A stretch of 20,000 bases of DNA, from the IMG/VR virus record IMGVR_UViG_3300038314_001498, one strand, 5' to 3'. Position numbers and translations under genes: made by a program. Below, piece by piece: positions 1 through 7,647 of the stretch. Below the pieces are notes generated by a model. It had not been told where the DNA came from and did no database searches. It worked only from the letters and a program-made list of their open reading frames with translations. This stretch comes from an uncultured virus (IMG/VR IMGVR_UViG_3300038314_001498) (lineage: Duplodnaviria; Heunggongvirae; Uroviricota; Caudoviricetes; Crassvirales). Within the stretch, counting starts at the first letter, position 1; the number at the start of each line of letters is the position of its first letter.

Positions 1-218
1 TCATCTGAAGCAAAAGGTAATAAGCTTCCTGTAATAGAACAGAATGGTAATAATTTACCCTTACCTTTTTGCAAATGGACTTCACCAAGTAAGTCTGGCT
101 CATATTGCATAGCGTAAGTGTACGGATCGATATAATTGGCTGCTGTAGCCAACTGTCCGCTAGGCGAGGTTAATGACCCTGTGCCTAGGATATTGTTGTC
201 TTTTAATGTAAAAGCCAT
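1..218 (-). CDS. Major capsid protein, N-terminal part (runs off the window edge)
   Basis: Not in the ORF track. ATG at 218 opens MAFTLKDNNILGTGSLTSPSGQLATAANYIDPYTYAMQYEPDLLGEVHLQKGKGKLLPFCSITGSLLPFASD with no stop before base 1. It directly follows portal and scaffold. The NYxD...QYxP...GxxxPxxSD pattern resembles Bacteroidota podovirus capsid N-termini as I recall them. Confidence 0.75.
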   Translation of the reverse strand, partial: MAFTLKDNNILGTGSLTSPSGQLATAANYIDPYTYAMQYEPDLLGEVHLQKGKGKLLPFCSITGSLLPFASD

Positions 219-236
219 GTTAGTTTGTTTTTAAGA

Positions 237-1448
237 TTAAATATTAACTTTAACCCCAAAACTCTTTTGTTGTCCTGCAACTATCCCATCGGTAATTGTT
301 CCATAACCTTCTTCATTTTTAGGCGTTCTAACTGGTGGTGTGCGTCTAAAATTCTCATTGTTATCCGCAGCAGATAATTCGGCAATAACCTCGGCTCTTG
401 CTTGTTGCATTGCTGCAGAAATTACCTTTTTTTGGTTAGCTTCATCACCCCACCACAACCCTTTAACTAATCGGCTATGGTCAAAACCATCTTCGGTTTT
501 ATAACGTCTCTCTAACATGGCATCAATATCCGATCCGTCTGATAACATACTATGCTTATCTTGCTCAGAATAATCATACTTAAAGTTAGTGGTACGTTTT
601 TCACCATTATCGTTAAACTCAATTACAAACTCAGAAGGTGCAGCACTGCTCGCACCTTGCTTAATAGCGTTTAAATAATCGGTCTTAACTTGCGTAAGTT
701 CTTGTTGGTAAGCTTCTTTAGTTAACTGTCTACCGTCTGGTAAGGTTAACAAATTAGCATTACCTTGTTGCTTTGCACGCGCTTCATCGCTCAATGGCTT
801 CATGTATTCTTCTTGCTGTGCAAATAGTTGATCCTTAAATGGCTTAACAAAACCATTCAATTCTATTTTATCTGGACCAGATAATTCGTCGTCACTAAAA
901 TCTATTCCCAGTTTCTTTTCTAAATACTCTTGCGCCTCTTTGGTGCTTAAAGTTGCCATACCTGTGTCTTGTCGTACACGTTGTACAGCTAAGTCCATAG
1001 CAGACAAACTATTAATGTCTTGTTGTACAAAATCCCATTCCTTACGTCCTAATCCTGTATCGCGTTTAAACTTAAAATACGCTTCTTCGGACTCATCAAT
1101 AACATCTTCATAAGGATTAACAACTTTTTCAACTTCCTTAATAGTTGGTTCAGGTGTTTTTAAAAATGCATCTAAGCCATTAAACTCTTTATCTTGAAAG
1201 TACTTACTTTTTAAATAAGCTTCTACTTGTGCATCGTCAAGCTCAATTGGCTTTGGTGCGTCAGTAGCTTTTGGTTGCTCTGGCTTTGGATTTTGTGGTT
1301 TCGGTTGTTCTACAGGTGGTGTTGGCGGTGTTTCAACTTTTGGTTGTTCTGTTGGTTTAGCCGTCTCTTTTACCTCTGGTTGTTGTACTGGAGATAAACT
1401 TTCTTCTTGACCTGCTTTACTAAAATCTGCTTTAATCCCGAATGCCAT
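237..1448 (-). CDS. Putative capsid scaffolding/assembly protein
   Basis: 403 aa, acidic and helical, with a Pro/Glu/Lys-rich disordered N-terminus (EQPK repeats). Lies between portal and capsid genes. Confidence 0.65.
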   Translation of the reverse strand: MAFGIKADFSKAGQEESLSPVQQPEVKETAKPTEQPKVETPPTPPVEQPKPQNPKPEQPKATDAPKPIELDDAQVEAYLKSKYFQDKEFNGLDAFLKTPEPTIKEVEKVVNPYEDVIDESEEAYFKFKRDTGLGRKEWDFVQQDINSLSAMDLAVQRVRQDTGMATLSTKEAQEYLEKKLGIDFSDDELSGPDKIELNGFVKPFKDQLFAQQEEYMKPLSDEARAKQQGNANLLTLPDGRQLTKEAYQQELTQVKTDYLNAIKQGASSAAPSEFVIEFNDNGEKRTTNFKYDYSEQDKHSMLSDGSDIDAMLERRYKTEDGFDHSRLVKGLWWGDEANQKKVISAAMQQARAEVIAELSAADNNENFRRTPPVRTPKNEEGYGTITDGIVAGQQKSFGVKVNI

Positions 1449-1457
1449 TATTTAAAA

Positions 1458-1505
1458 TATTAATAGTTTTTACCAAAAGTATAGATAAAAACTATTAATA
1501 ACAAA
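1458..1505 (-). promoter_or_regulatory. Bacteroidota sigma-A type promoter inside a perfect 15-bp inverted repeat
   Basis: Minus-strand TACTTTTG (1481-1474) fits TAnnTTTG, and TTTG (1505-1502) lies 20 nt upstream. Arms are TATTAATAGTTTTTA (1458-1472) and TAAAAACTATTAATA (1486-1500). Confidence 0.7.
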
Positions 1506-1545
1506 ATATTTATACTAAAAATATGATTTAGTAGGATTTTTAATA

Positions 1546-1597
1546 GGTGTAATACTCTATAAAGTGCATTAAAACGCACCTTATATCATGTTGTAAC
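1546..1597 (+). repeat. Short attC-like hairpin recombination site (left junction)
   Basis: GGTGTAAT (1546-1553), then stem TATAAAGTGC (1558-1567) / GCACCTTATA (1576-1585) around loop ATTAAAAC, then GTTGTAAC (1590-1597). Resembles the Flavobacterial repeat family (Rfam Flavo-1-like, from recall). Confidence 0.7.
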
Positions 1598-1629
1598 CCA
1601 TTTAGCAGTACGTGGGAAGTGGAAAGAAA

Positions 1630-1756
1630 AAGCAAGAGGGTGGAAAGAATATTATTAGTGGATGACTAATGACCGCCAAGGTAGTTTTAGTCGGTGTAAT
1701 GAGCAGTGCTATTATGCCCTTGATGAAACTAATAATACTCTGAAATCCTCTTGCTT
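1630..1756 (+). ncRNA. Putative structured RNA (long closing stem plus three-way junction), family unknown
   Basis: Nested complementary arms: 1630-1639/1747-1756 (10/10), 1646-1659/1728-1741 (13/14), 1664-1669/1687-1692 (6/6), 1693-1700/1711-1718 (8/8 with two G-U pairs on the + strand). Confidence 0.55.
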
Positions 1757-1783
1757 AATATGTAAAGAACTAAATAAAAATGT

Positions 1784-2128
1784 ATGACAAATAAAGAACT
1801 TTTAGATAATAGTGAATTAAAGACCAATTATAAAGTATTAAAGTCAAATGCAAGAACTTTAATTTTATTCCCAATAGTTAGTTTAAATAAAAAACTAATG
1901 GCTATTAGCATTTTTAATGACGGACCGAAAAGAACTGAATATGAGTTGTCAGAAAACAACAATGGCGAATTAATATTCACTAATCTTTTGACTTCTCAGG
2001 TAAATGTTTTTGACATAACTGAATTAAATCTCGGTAAAATTCATTTTCGTTATGAAAATGGTCTTTGTGAGACATTTGAAGTGAAAGACCTAAAACAGTC
2101 AAGTGATTTGCAACAGTACTTGGTTTAA
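1784..2128 (+). CDS. Hypothetical protein (cassette cargo)
   Basis: 114 aa ORF with an A-rich leader typical of Bacteroidota, oriented as expected for a cassette gene. No recognisable motif. Confidence 0.55.
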   Translation: MTNKELLDNSELKTNYKVLKSNARTLILFPIVSLNKKLMAISIFNDGPKRTEYELSENNNGELIFTNLLTSQVNVFDITELNLGKIHFRYENGLCETFEVKDLKQSSDLQQYLV

Positions 2129-2246
2129 TAACCTCACCTTTTTCTTTAAGATTATTAAAAACATCTATTGAGGATTGAAATATCTCTTGAGGAGTGAAAA
2201 AAACATCCGAAATTAAATCAGAATTAATATCTTTAACATCTGACAT
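1980..2246 (-). CDS. Hypothetical protein (cassette cargo, antisense overlap)
   Basis: 88 aa from ATG 2246 (MSDVKDINSDLISDVFFTPQEIFQ...), with amphipathic helical composition. It fills the gap between the + ORF stop and the attC-like site. The track start at 2279 lies inside the hairpin. Confidence 0.45.
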   Translation of the reverse strand: MSDVKDINSDLISDVFFTPQEIFQSSIDVFNNLKEKGEVIKPSTVANHLTVLGLSLQMSHKDHFHNENEFYRDLIQLCQKHLPEKSKD

Positions 2247-2255
2247 AAAAAACGT

Positions 2256-2386
2256 GTTACAACAACGGCTATAAAGCATTGCTAGTTAATTACTGTTTGC
2301 AATATTTTACCTTAACCATTGTATGTCGTTGACCAAAATTTTAATCCCTAGCTACGCAACGACTTCATAGCCAAAAACGTTACACC
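2256..2386 (+). repeat. Long attC-like imperfect inverted repeat (right junction)
   Basis: Left arm GTTACAAC-AACGGCTAT-AAAGCATTGC-TAGTTAA (2256-2289) pairs imperfectly, with bulges, to right arm CTAGCTAC-GCAACGACTTC-ATAGCC-AAAAAC-GTTACACC (2348-2386). The site is bounded by AAC and GTT cores as in attC. Confidence 0.7.
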
Positions 2387-2429
2387 AAAAATAATACTTT
2401 TTTATACTAATTCCTAATAAATATGATTT

Positions 2430-4844
2430 TTAATTACCAAATATCCCTCTAAACAAATCCTCTTGCTCAAAATTTATAGGACCAGTATCATAATTACGTT
2501 GGGTAATCATCTTGCTTTGCTGTGTACTCTGCTTATCTACACGTTGGTCTTTACGGTCTTCTAAATACTTTTTACCATCCATTTCCGCAATGCTTTTTAA
2601 TTGTTCTAAAAAGACTTTTTCTTTAAACTCTCGTTCTTTTTCTGGTGCTTCTATTTGTTGCATGGCTTGTTTTTCTGCCAAGCGCAATTGTATAATCTTA
2701 GATTCTTTATCTACTTCAATCTGCGCTTCTACCATAGCCGACTGTGTTTTGGCTTGGGTGGCTGCAATATTAGACTTACGATCTTCCTCTGCTTTTTGTT
2801 TAGCCAACTTCATTTGCTCTTCCATACGTCTTTGATTTATTTTCTTAGCCATATAGAATAAGTATTGTGTTGCTAGCTTGGTATTGGTCTTAGCAATCTG
2901 TTGTGCTTCGTTTTTAACTGCAATAGACTCTATATCATTACCATTGGTTTGTATGAATAATGATAGGTCTTCTCTAAATTCTTTGAGCTCTTGCTGTGTT
3001 GGTAGCATATTTACGGTAAAACCAAAGTCGTGTAAGTGTCTGTCTTTCATCACTTCTAACACATCAATATTATGTTTACCTACGGCACGCTCATACATTT
3101 GCACAAGGTCTTTTGCACCTTCTTGTTTACTGCTAAATATTTGATGTAATCTTGTACTAATCAATTCAGCATGGGTTTTATTAAATGAAACACTGGTATC
3201 TACAATATGCTTGGTTGCTGTGTTACTCGCTAATTGTGCCATTTGGTTAACGCCTAACAACGCATCGTGTGGTAAACTACCATCTCGTGCCGGATTAATA
3301 CCTGTGGTTTCTCTAATGAGTTCATAGTATTTAACCCATTGATTTAATAATGCGGCTAATGCAGAACCTTGTTGACTTCCAGATGGTCTTGCTGCTTGTA
3401 CACGTTGTGTACCCATTTCACCTATATCAATGGTTTTCTCTATAATAACACCTTTAACGTTTAATAGGTTTAAGGTTTCTTGCCACATTTGTTGTTTTTT
3501 ACCACTACCAGATAAATCGGCTAAAGCGTCTTCATTAATAATGGTAAGGTCTGGCTTCAATTCAGCAGTTAAATGTTGCATTTTTAAGTGGATATACTGC
3601 AACTCTTGGTTTGGCACTTTAATATCATCCAAGAAACTATGCAATATATTCTTCTGAATATCGGTAGCCTTTACATTAAATGGTGCTAAGGCTTCATTGC
3701 GCTCATCTCTTATAATATTTTCACATTCTTTATAGTTATACACAAAATCACTGTCAATAATATAAGTGCCTTCCATCCAAGTGTCTTTTACATCTTGTAC
3801 TTTACCGTAGTCACTGCGTTCTGGTGGATTGTAGTTTTCGTCTTTTTCAACAACTTTATAAAAAGTACCTTTCTTTTTGTAAGCTTTATAAACTCTGGTT
3901 TTAGTGGTTTTAAATGCAAAACGTAGCACATGGACTTTATGACCTAATAAATCTCTAAAATCGCAACTGTCATAATACACGTTTTTCGCTTTATTGAGAT
4001 TAGCATAAGCCTTGGCAATCTCACGTAACTTTTTGTCATCAAAGTTACTTTCACGTTTTAGGTCGTCAATAGTAATAGTATCTACATAGCCATAGTAATA
4101 TACATCACTAAAATCGTTTCTACTCGTATAACTGTGTACAAGGTATTCCGGATCTACATATTCAAAACTCACACCATTGTAAGGGTCGGTCCATACACGT
4201 TCTGCAGAAATACCTATTTCTACCAAATCCTTATTCTTCTTTGCTTCGAGATAATCCTTTTTGTTAGTTTTGTCAATGTAGTCAATCATCAATTCCTCAG
4301 CAATCTCTATTTTAGGACGGTCTTTTATTTCACTGTATAAGCGTAGTTCTTCTTCATCTTGTGGAATAAAGCCTTGCGGAATAAGATTAATACCTAACTG
4401 TTCCTTAACTTTTTTAAGTAATGGCATAGAACGCATCGTGTTTCTGCGGTCTTCCATTTTCTTTTTCTTATTCATTAAAGATATACGGTCATTGGCTCTG
4501 ATATCTAAAGCATAATTTTCATCACTAATACCATTATATACAATACGACAAAACTTACCTGGTATGTTAACAGGTTTCCACGTAAGGTTTAGATAATCTA
4601 AATCACCTGTTTGTCTGGCCATGTGTTTTTTATAGTCATCGGTATTTTGCATACCTCTAACTAATAAGCGGTTGTCTATGATGTATTGCGAACGACTGGC
4701 ATACTCACAATTAGCAGAATTAATCATACCACCATTAAACCATTCTTTGGCAATAATGTGCTTGGCATAACTGGTGCCGTATTCAATAGATTGCTTCTCT
4801 TTCCAAGAAGCTAATGGATCTGGGTAAATGTTTTTCTGTGTCAT
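2430..4844 (-). CDS. Portal protein
   Basis: 804 aa directly downstream of terL. Motifs LNLTWKPVNIPGKF and RETTGINPARDG and a long C-terminal coiled coil are typical of P22-like/crAss-related portals. Confidence 0.85.
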   Translation of the reverse strand: MTQKNIYPDPLASWKEKQSIEYGTSYAKHIIAKEWFNGGMINSANCEYASRSQYIIDNRLLVRGMQNTDDYKKHMARQTGDLDYLNLTWKPVNIPGKFCRIVYNGISDENYALDIRANDRISLMNKKKKMEDRRNTMRSMPLLKKVKEQLGINLIPQGFIPQDEEELRLYSEIKDRPKIEIAEELMIDYIDKTNKKDYLEAKKNKDLVEIGISAERVWTDPYNGVSFEYVDPEYLVHSYTSRNDFSDVYYYGYVDTITIDDLKRESNFDDKKLREIAKAYANLNKAKNVYYDSCDFRDLLGHKVHVLRFAFKTTKTRVYKAYKKKGTFYKVVEKDENYNPPERSDYGKVQDVKDTWMEGTYIIDSDFVYNYKECENIIRDERNEALAPFNVKATDIQKNILHSFLDDIKVPNQELQYIHLKMQHLTAELKPDLTIINEDALADLSGSGKKQQMWQETLNLLNVKGVIIEKTIDIGEMGTQRVQAARPSGSQQGSALAALLNQWVKYYELIRETTGINPARDGSLPHDALLGVNQMAQLASNTATKHIVDTSVSFNKTHAELISTRLHQIFSSKQEGAKDLVQMYERAVGKHNIDVLEVMKDRHLHDFGFTVNMLPTQQELKEFREDLSLFIQTNGNDIESIAVKNEAQQIAKTNTKLATQYLFYMAKKINQRRMEEQMKLAKQKAEEDRKSNIAATQAKTQSAMVEAQIEVDKESKIIQLRLAEKQAMQQIEAPEKEREFKEKVFLEQLKSIAEMDGKKYLEDRKDQRVDKQSTQQSKMITQRNYDTGPINFEQEDLFRGIFGN

Positions 4845-4846
4845 GG

Positions 4847-7054
4847 CTATACGGCTTTACTATAATTACCACTATTGTCATAGGTAGTAAATGGGTTTCT
4901 TTTTTTCTTGGTTTCGTTATTTTGTTTAATGACGCGTTTTTGATTGCCTAAAGCAGCTAAACTACTAGAGATATAAGCATCATATTTTGTTCTGTCGTTA
5001 AGGTCTACATCTTTCCACTGACGTAATGTTCTGTTAAACACCATACTTCCCATAGTACCAATAGGACGTTTACGATTGTCTTTACTCACACCTACATGGT
5101 CGTCTATATAAGCTTCAATAGCATAAAACTGTTGGTCGGCTATTTTACTGTTTTGTGGCGGTGCACCACCTAATTTCTTTTCGGTTGGGTTTAAGTCTTT
5201 ATAAGGTTTAAATGGATTGTTCAAACTAAAATGCCTGTAACCTCTATCTCTTATGTATTGTAAAAACGCTTCGTTGGATAGCTCGGCAAGTACTGGAATA
5301 GAGTAGTACACCATTACCATAATCATTTCCTCAAAGAAATGTTTTACCTTACTTGGTCTGTCTATATACTCTAAAATATATTCCTCATTTGGTAAATCTG
5401 AGGTGTTATATTTGGTCTGTAAATGTATAGCACCTTTAGAACCTCTGCCATCAGCACCTACATCACGGTTATAAGGGTCAGCACCAAAACAACCAATATG
5501 ATCTGCAATTGGTGCCCAAGCTCTGATACCATACTGAAACTTCATTTCTTTTTTATTACGGTACTCTAATGGTGGATGACAACCTTTCTTAATCCAAAAA
5601 CGTCCTTTTGGATCTGGCGACCAAATCACTTCAGTGTCTTGTACACCATCTTTCCATCTAAAGTTACCGCGTTCTATTTCTTTACTACCATATTTGTCGT
5701 GTTCCAGCTCTTCCTCGTTATGGTCTATTTGCTCTATTAACTTCGGTAGGTTAAAAGCACAATCATCACTTTCATCCCTAAAAGCTTCTTTTGGTGTACG
5801 TGGGAATTGGCGTAATTGCTCGTTATAATCTTCTGGCTCGTCTTTTAAGGATTCTAATTCTACATTAAGATAAGTACGTGATCCTGTTTTTACATAACGA
5901 CCTTCATCAGTCATGATTGGTTTTTCTGGGTCTTCTACAATACTAAATCCATAAGTATCATATCGACCTTCTAATCCATATTCTGCAGATATAAATAACG
6001 AATATAACCCACTTGCGGTTTGCCCATTGGCATTGCGTTCTGTTGGATCAGATTGGTAAAATACCGTTTTAAATTCATCACCACCTTTTTTAAGTGAGTT
6101 TACTGTACTACCAACCATAGCTTTACCAACAATACGTGTTCCTTGTCGGTGTGAGGTTCTAATAATACGCCAATACTTAGCAAATGGTACTTGCTTAGGA
6201 AACTTACCACTTTCGTCCACAGCACTTCTAAACACCTTTTTACCACCATCCATAGAGTTGATTGCAGTTGTATAGTATCTAATGTAAGTATCTAACCCTT
6301 CATCTATATCATCTCTGGATTTGTTGGTTTCTTTCATTATGATTCTACTCAAGGTCTTATCATCCCAACTTGGCTGAAAGAATGGTGGTAGTTTCTTAAA
6401 CATAGAAAATGCAATGTCAAACATCTCTTTTGCATCATCATTGGTTTTAGAAACAATACCTAGCTTTTTATCTTTGTGTGTTGTGCCAGAATAAATCAAC
6501 TCAGCATCACAGATACTAGACCAACCAAAACGTCTGTTCTTTACATAGCAAACACCGTAACATCGATAATCAGCTTTACAAGCTTCCCAATAGATCATTA
6601 ACTCGTTTTGTATAATCCTAAAATTTGGATAGCCTTCGTCTAAGTGGCACCATTGGTAGAAATAATACGATAAACCAGTCATGTAAACCAATTCACCTTT
6701 TATAAAAATCCAAACACCTTCTCGTCTACGTCGTATCTCTTCTTTGATATATTCTCGATACTCAGCATCGTATTGTGTTTTTGCAGTAAGGCCTTTTGGC
6801 AATTCGGCACGTTTCCATCGTTGGTTCTTTTCGGTCTTATCCCAATTCAGAATATCTTTACGGTCTTCTGGTGGTTCTGGTAAACCAATATTGATACCAT
6901 TAACATTAAATATAGGGCCTAACGTACCATATTTAGAAATAATGATAGTATCGTATTCCTCGCAGTAACCATATTTCCAAGCTTTTTGTTGGTTTCTGTT
7001 TTTGCGAATCTTATCATCAACGCGATCATCACTATGTCCTAAATAAAATATCAT
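4847..7054 (-). CDS. terL: Terminase large subunit
   Basis: 735 aa. Walker A-like KNRRFGWS, Walker B SAVDESGK, coupling motif VGST, RNase H-like nuclease motifs FGADPY and KYDAYISS. Confidence 0.92.
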   Translation of the reverse strand: MIFYLGHSDDRVDDKIRKNRNQQKAWKYGYCEEYDTIIISKYGTLGPIFNVNGINIGLPEPPEDRKDILNWDKTEKNQRWKRAELPKGLTAKTQYDAEYREYIKEEIRRRREGVWIFIKGELVYMTGLSYYFYQWCHLDEGYPNFRIIQNELMIYWEACKADYRCYGVCYVKNRRFGWSSICDAELIYSGTTHKDKKLGIVSKTNDDAKEMFDIAFSMFKKLPPFFQPSWDDKTLSRIIMKETNKSRDDIDEGLDTYIRYYTTAINSMDGGKKVFRSAVDESGKFPKQVPFAKYWRIIRTSHRQGTRIVGKAMVGSTVNSLKKGGDEFKTVFYQSDPTERNANGQTASGLYSLFISAEYGLEGRYDTYGFSIVEDPEKPIMTDEGRYVKTGSRTYLNVELESLKDEPEDYNEQLRQFPRTPKEAFRDESDDCAFNLPKLIEQIDHNEEELEHDKYGSKEIERGNFRWKDGVQDTEVIWSPDPKGRFWIKKGCHPPLEYRNKKEMKFQYGIRAWAPIADHIGCFGADPYNRDVGADGRGSKGAIHLQTKYNTSDLPNEEYILEYIDRPSKVKHFFEEMIMVMVYYSIPVLAELSNEAFLQYIRDRGYRHFSLNNPFKPYKDLNPTEKKLGGAPPQNSKIADQQFYAIEAYIDDHVGVSKDNRKRPIGTMGSMVFNRTLRQWKDVDLNDRTKYDAYISSSLAALGNQKRVIKQNNETKKKRNPFTTYDNSGNYSKAV

Positions 7055-7647
7055 CCTTCTGCGGCAAGTACAGCCCAGCTTTTTTGTTTATTGGTTTCTA
7101 AATCTTCGTTATTTAATTTGGCTTCTAACTGGTCTATAACACCCAATACCCATTGGTTGTCTTCAACGGCTTTTTCTCGTGCCTTAATGACGTTAGCATA
7201 TTTATCTTCGCTTAAACCATCTGCTGGACCTAATTTTTTTAGAATACGCTTAGTAACATCTTTTCCAAACATTTGTTCTAGGTCTGGTTTTATAGTGTCT
7301 CTAAGGTTATCGTCCAAGTCTTCTTCATCTACATCTATATCTACCACCTTAAGGTTAATGTCAAACATCTGCTTAAGATGCTCAATAAGCACTGGTAAGT
7401 TTTGGTTAAAGTAACTCTCATCACTTTCTATCTTTAGTTCTTGTTCTATCTTATCAATAGAATTCATACTATTAATAGCTAACTCAGCAGCCATACGTCT
7501 ACCTTTAAGTACATTAAAAAACTTATCGCTACTCAAATCACGCTCTACGTCCTTGTTAACGATTTCTAGGTTTTTCTTTACCTGACTTTTTAGACTTGCT
7601 ATTAAGTCTGGAAGACGTTGTTTGCTATATGTTAGTTTTTTAGTCAT
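7051..7647 (-). CDS. Helical protein at the terminase small subunit position, with internal duplication
   Basis: Coupled to terL by an ATGA overlap at 7051-7054. Likely start is ATG 7647 (ATGA overlap with the upstream stop) rather than 7662. Two similar helical halves. The TerS function is inferred from position only. Confidence 0.55.
   Translation of the reverse strand: MTKKLTYSKQRLPDLIASLKSQVKKNLEIVNKDVERDLSSDKFFNVLKGRRMAAELAINSMNSIDKIEQELKIESDESYFNQNLPVLIEHLKQMFDINLKVVDIDVDEEDLDDNLRDTIKPDLEQMFGKDVTKRILKKLGPADGLSEDKYANVIKAREKAVEDNQWVLGVIDQLEAKLNNEDLETNKQKSWAVLAAEG

Larger units (their letters stand above)
1590..2379 (+). mobile_element. Integron-like gene cassette inserted between portal and scaffold genes
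   Basis: The cassette start GTTGTAAC (1590-1597) is the exact reverse complement of GTTACAAC (2256-2263). The distal GTTACACC (2379-2386) is the reverse complement (7/8) of GGTGTAAT (1546-1553). This is the reciprocal pattern expected after crossover at G/TT. Confidence 0.65.

Noticed and set aside
1458..1500. Rho-independent terminator
   Set aside because: The stem is almost all A/T, has a 13-nt loop holding a promoter box, and sits just upstream of a start codon. It fits an operator/promoter better.
1630..1756. Hammerhead ribozyme, tRNA or retron msr-msd
   Set aside because: CTTGATGAAAC lacks a proper CUGANGA, stem II, GAAA arrangement. There is no cloverleaf or T-loop, and no reverse transcriptase in the window.
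1662..1787. 41-aa ORF MTNDRQGSF... as a firm CDS
   Set aside because: It lies mostly within the structured segment and has no recognisable motif. It is kept only as a possible leader peptide.
2247..2279. N-terminal extension MLYSRCCNTFF of track ORF 1980..2279
   Set aside because: It is read-through of the attC-like hairpin. ATG 2246 is the more plausible start.
2430..7054. Intein or intron in terL or portal
   Set aside because: Both are uninterrupted ORFs with motifs in normal order. No intein splice motifs or homing endonuclease were seen.
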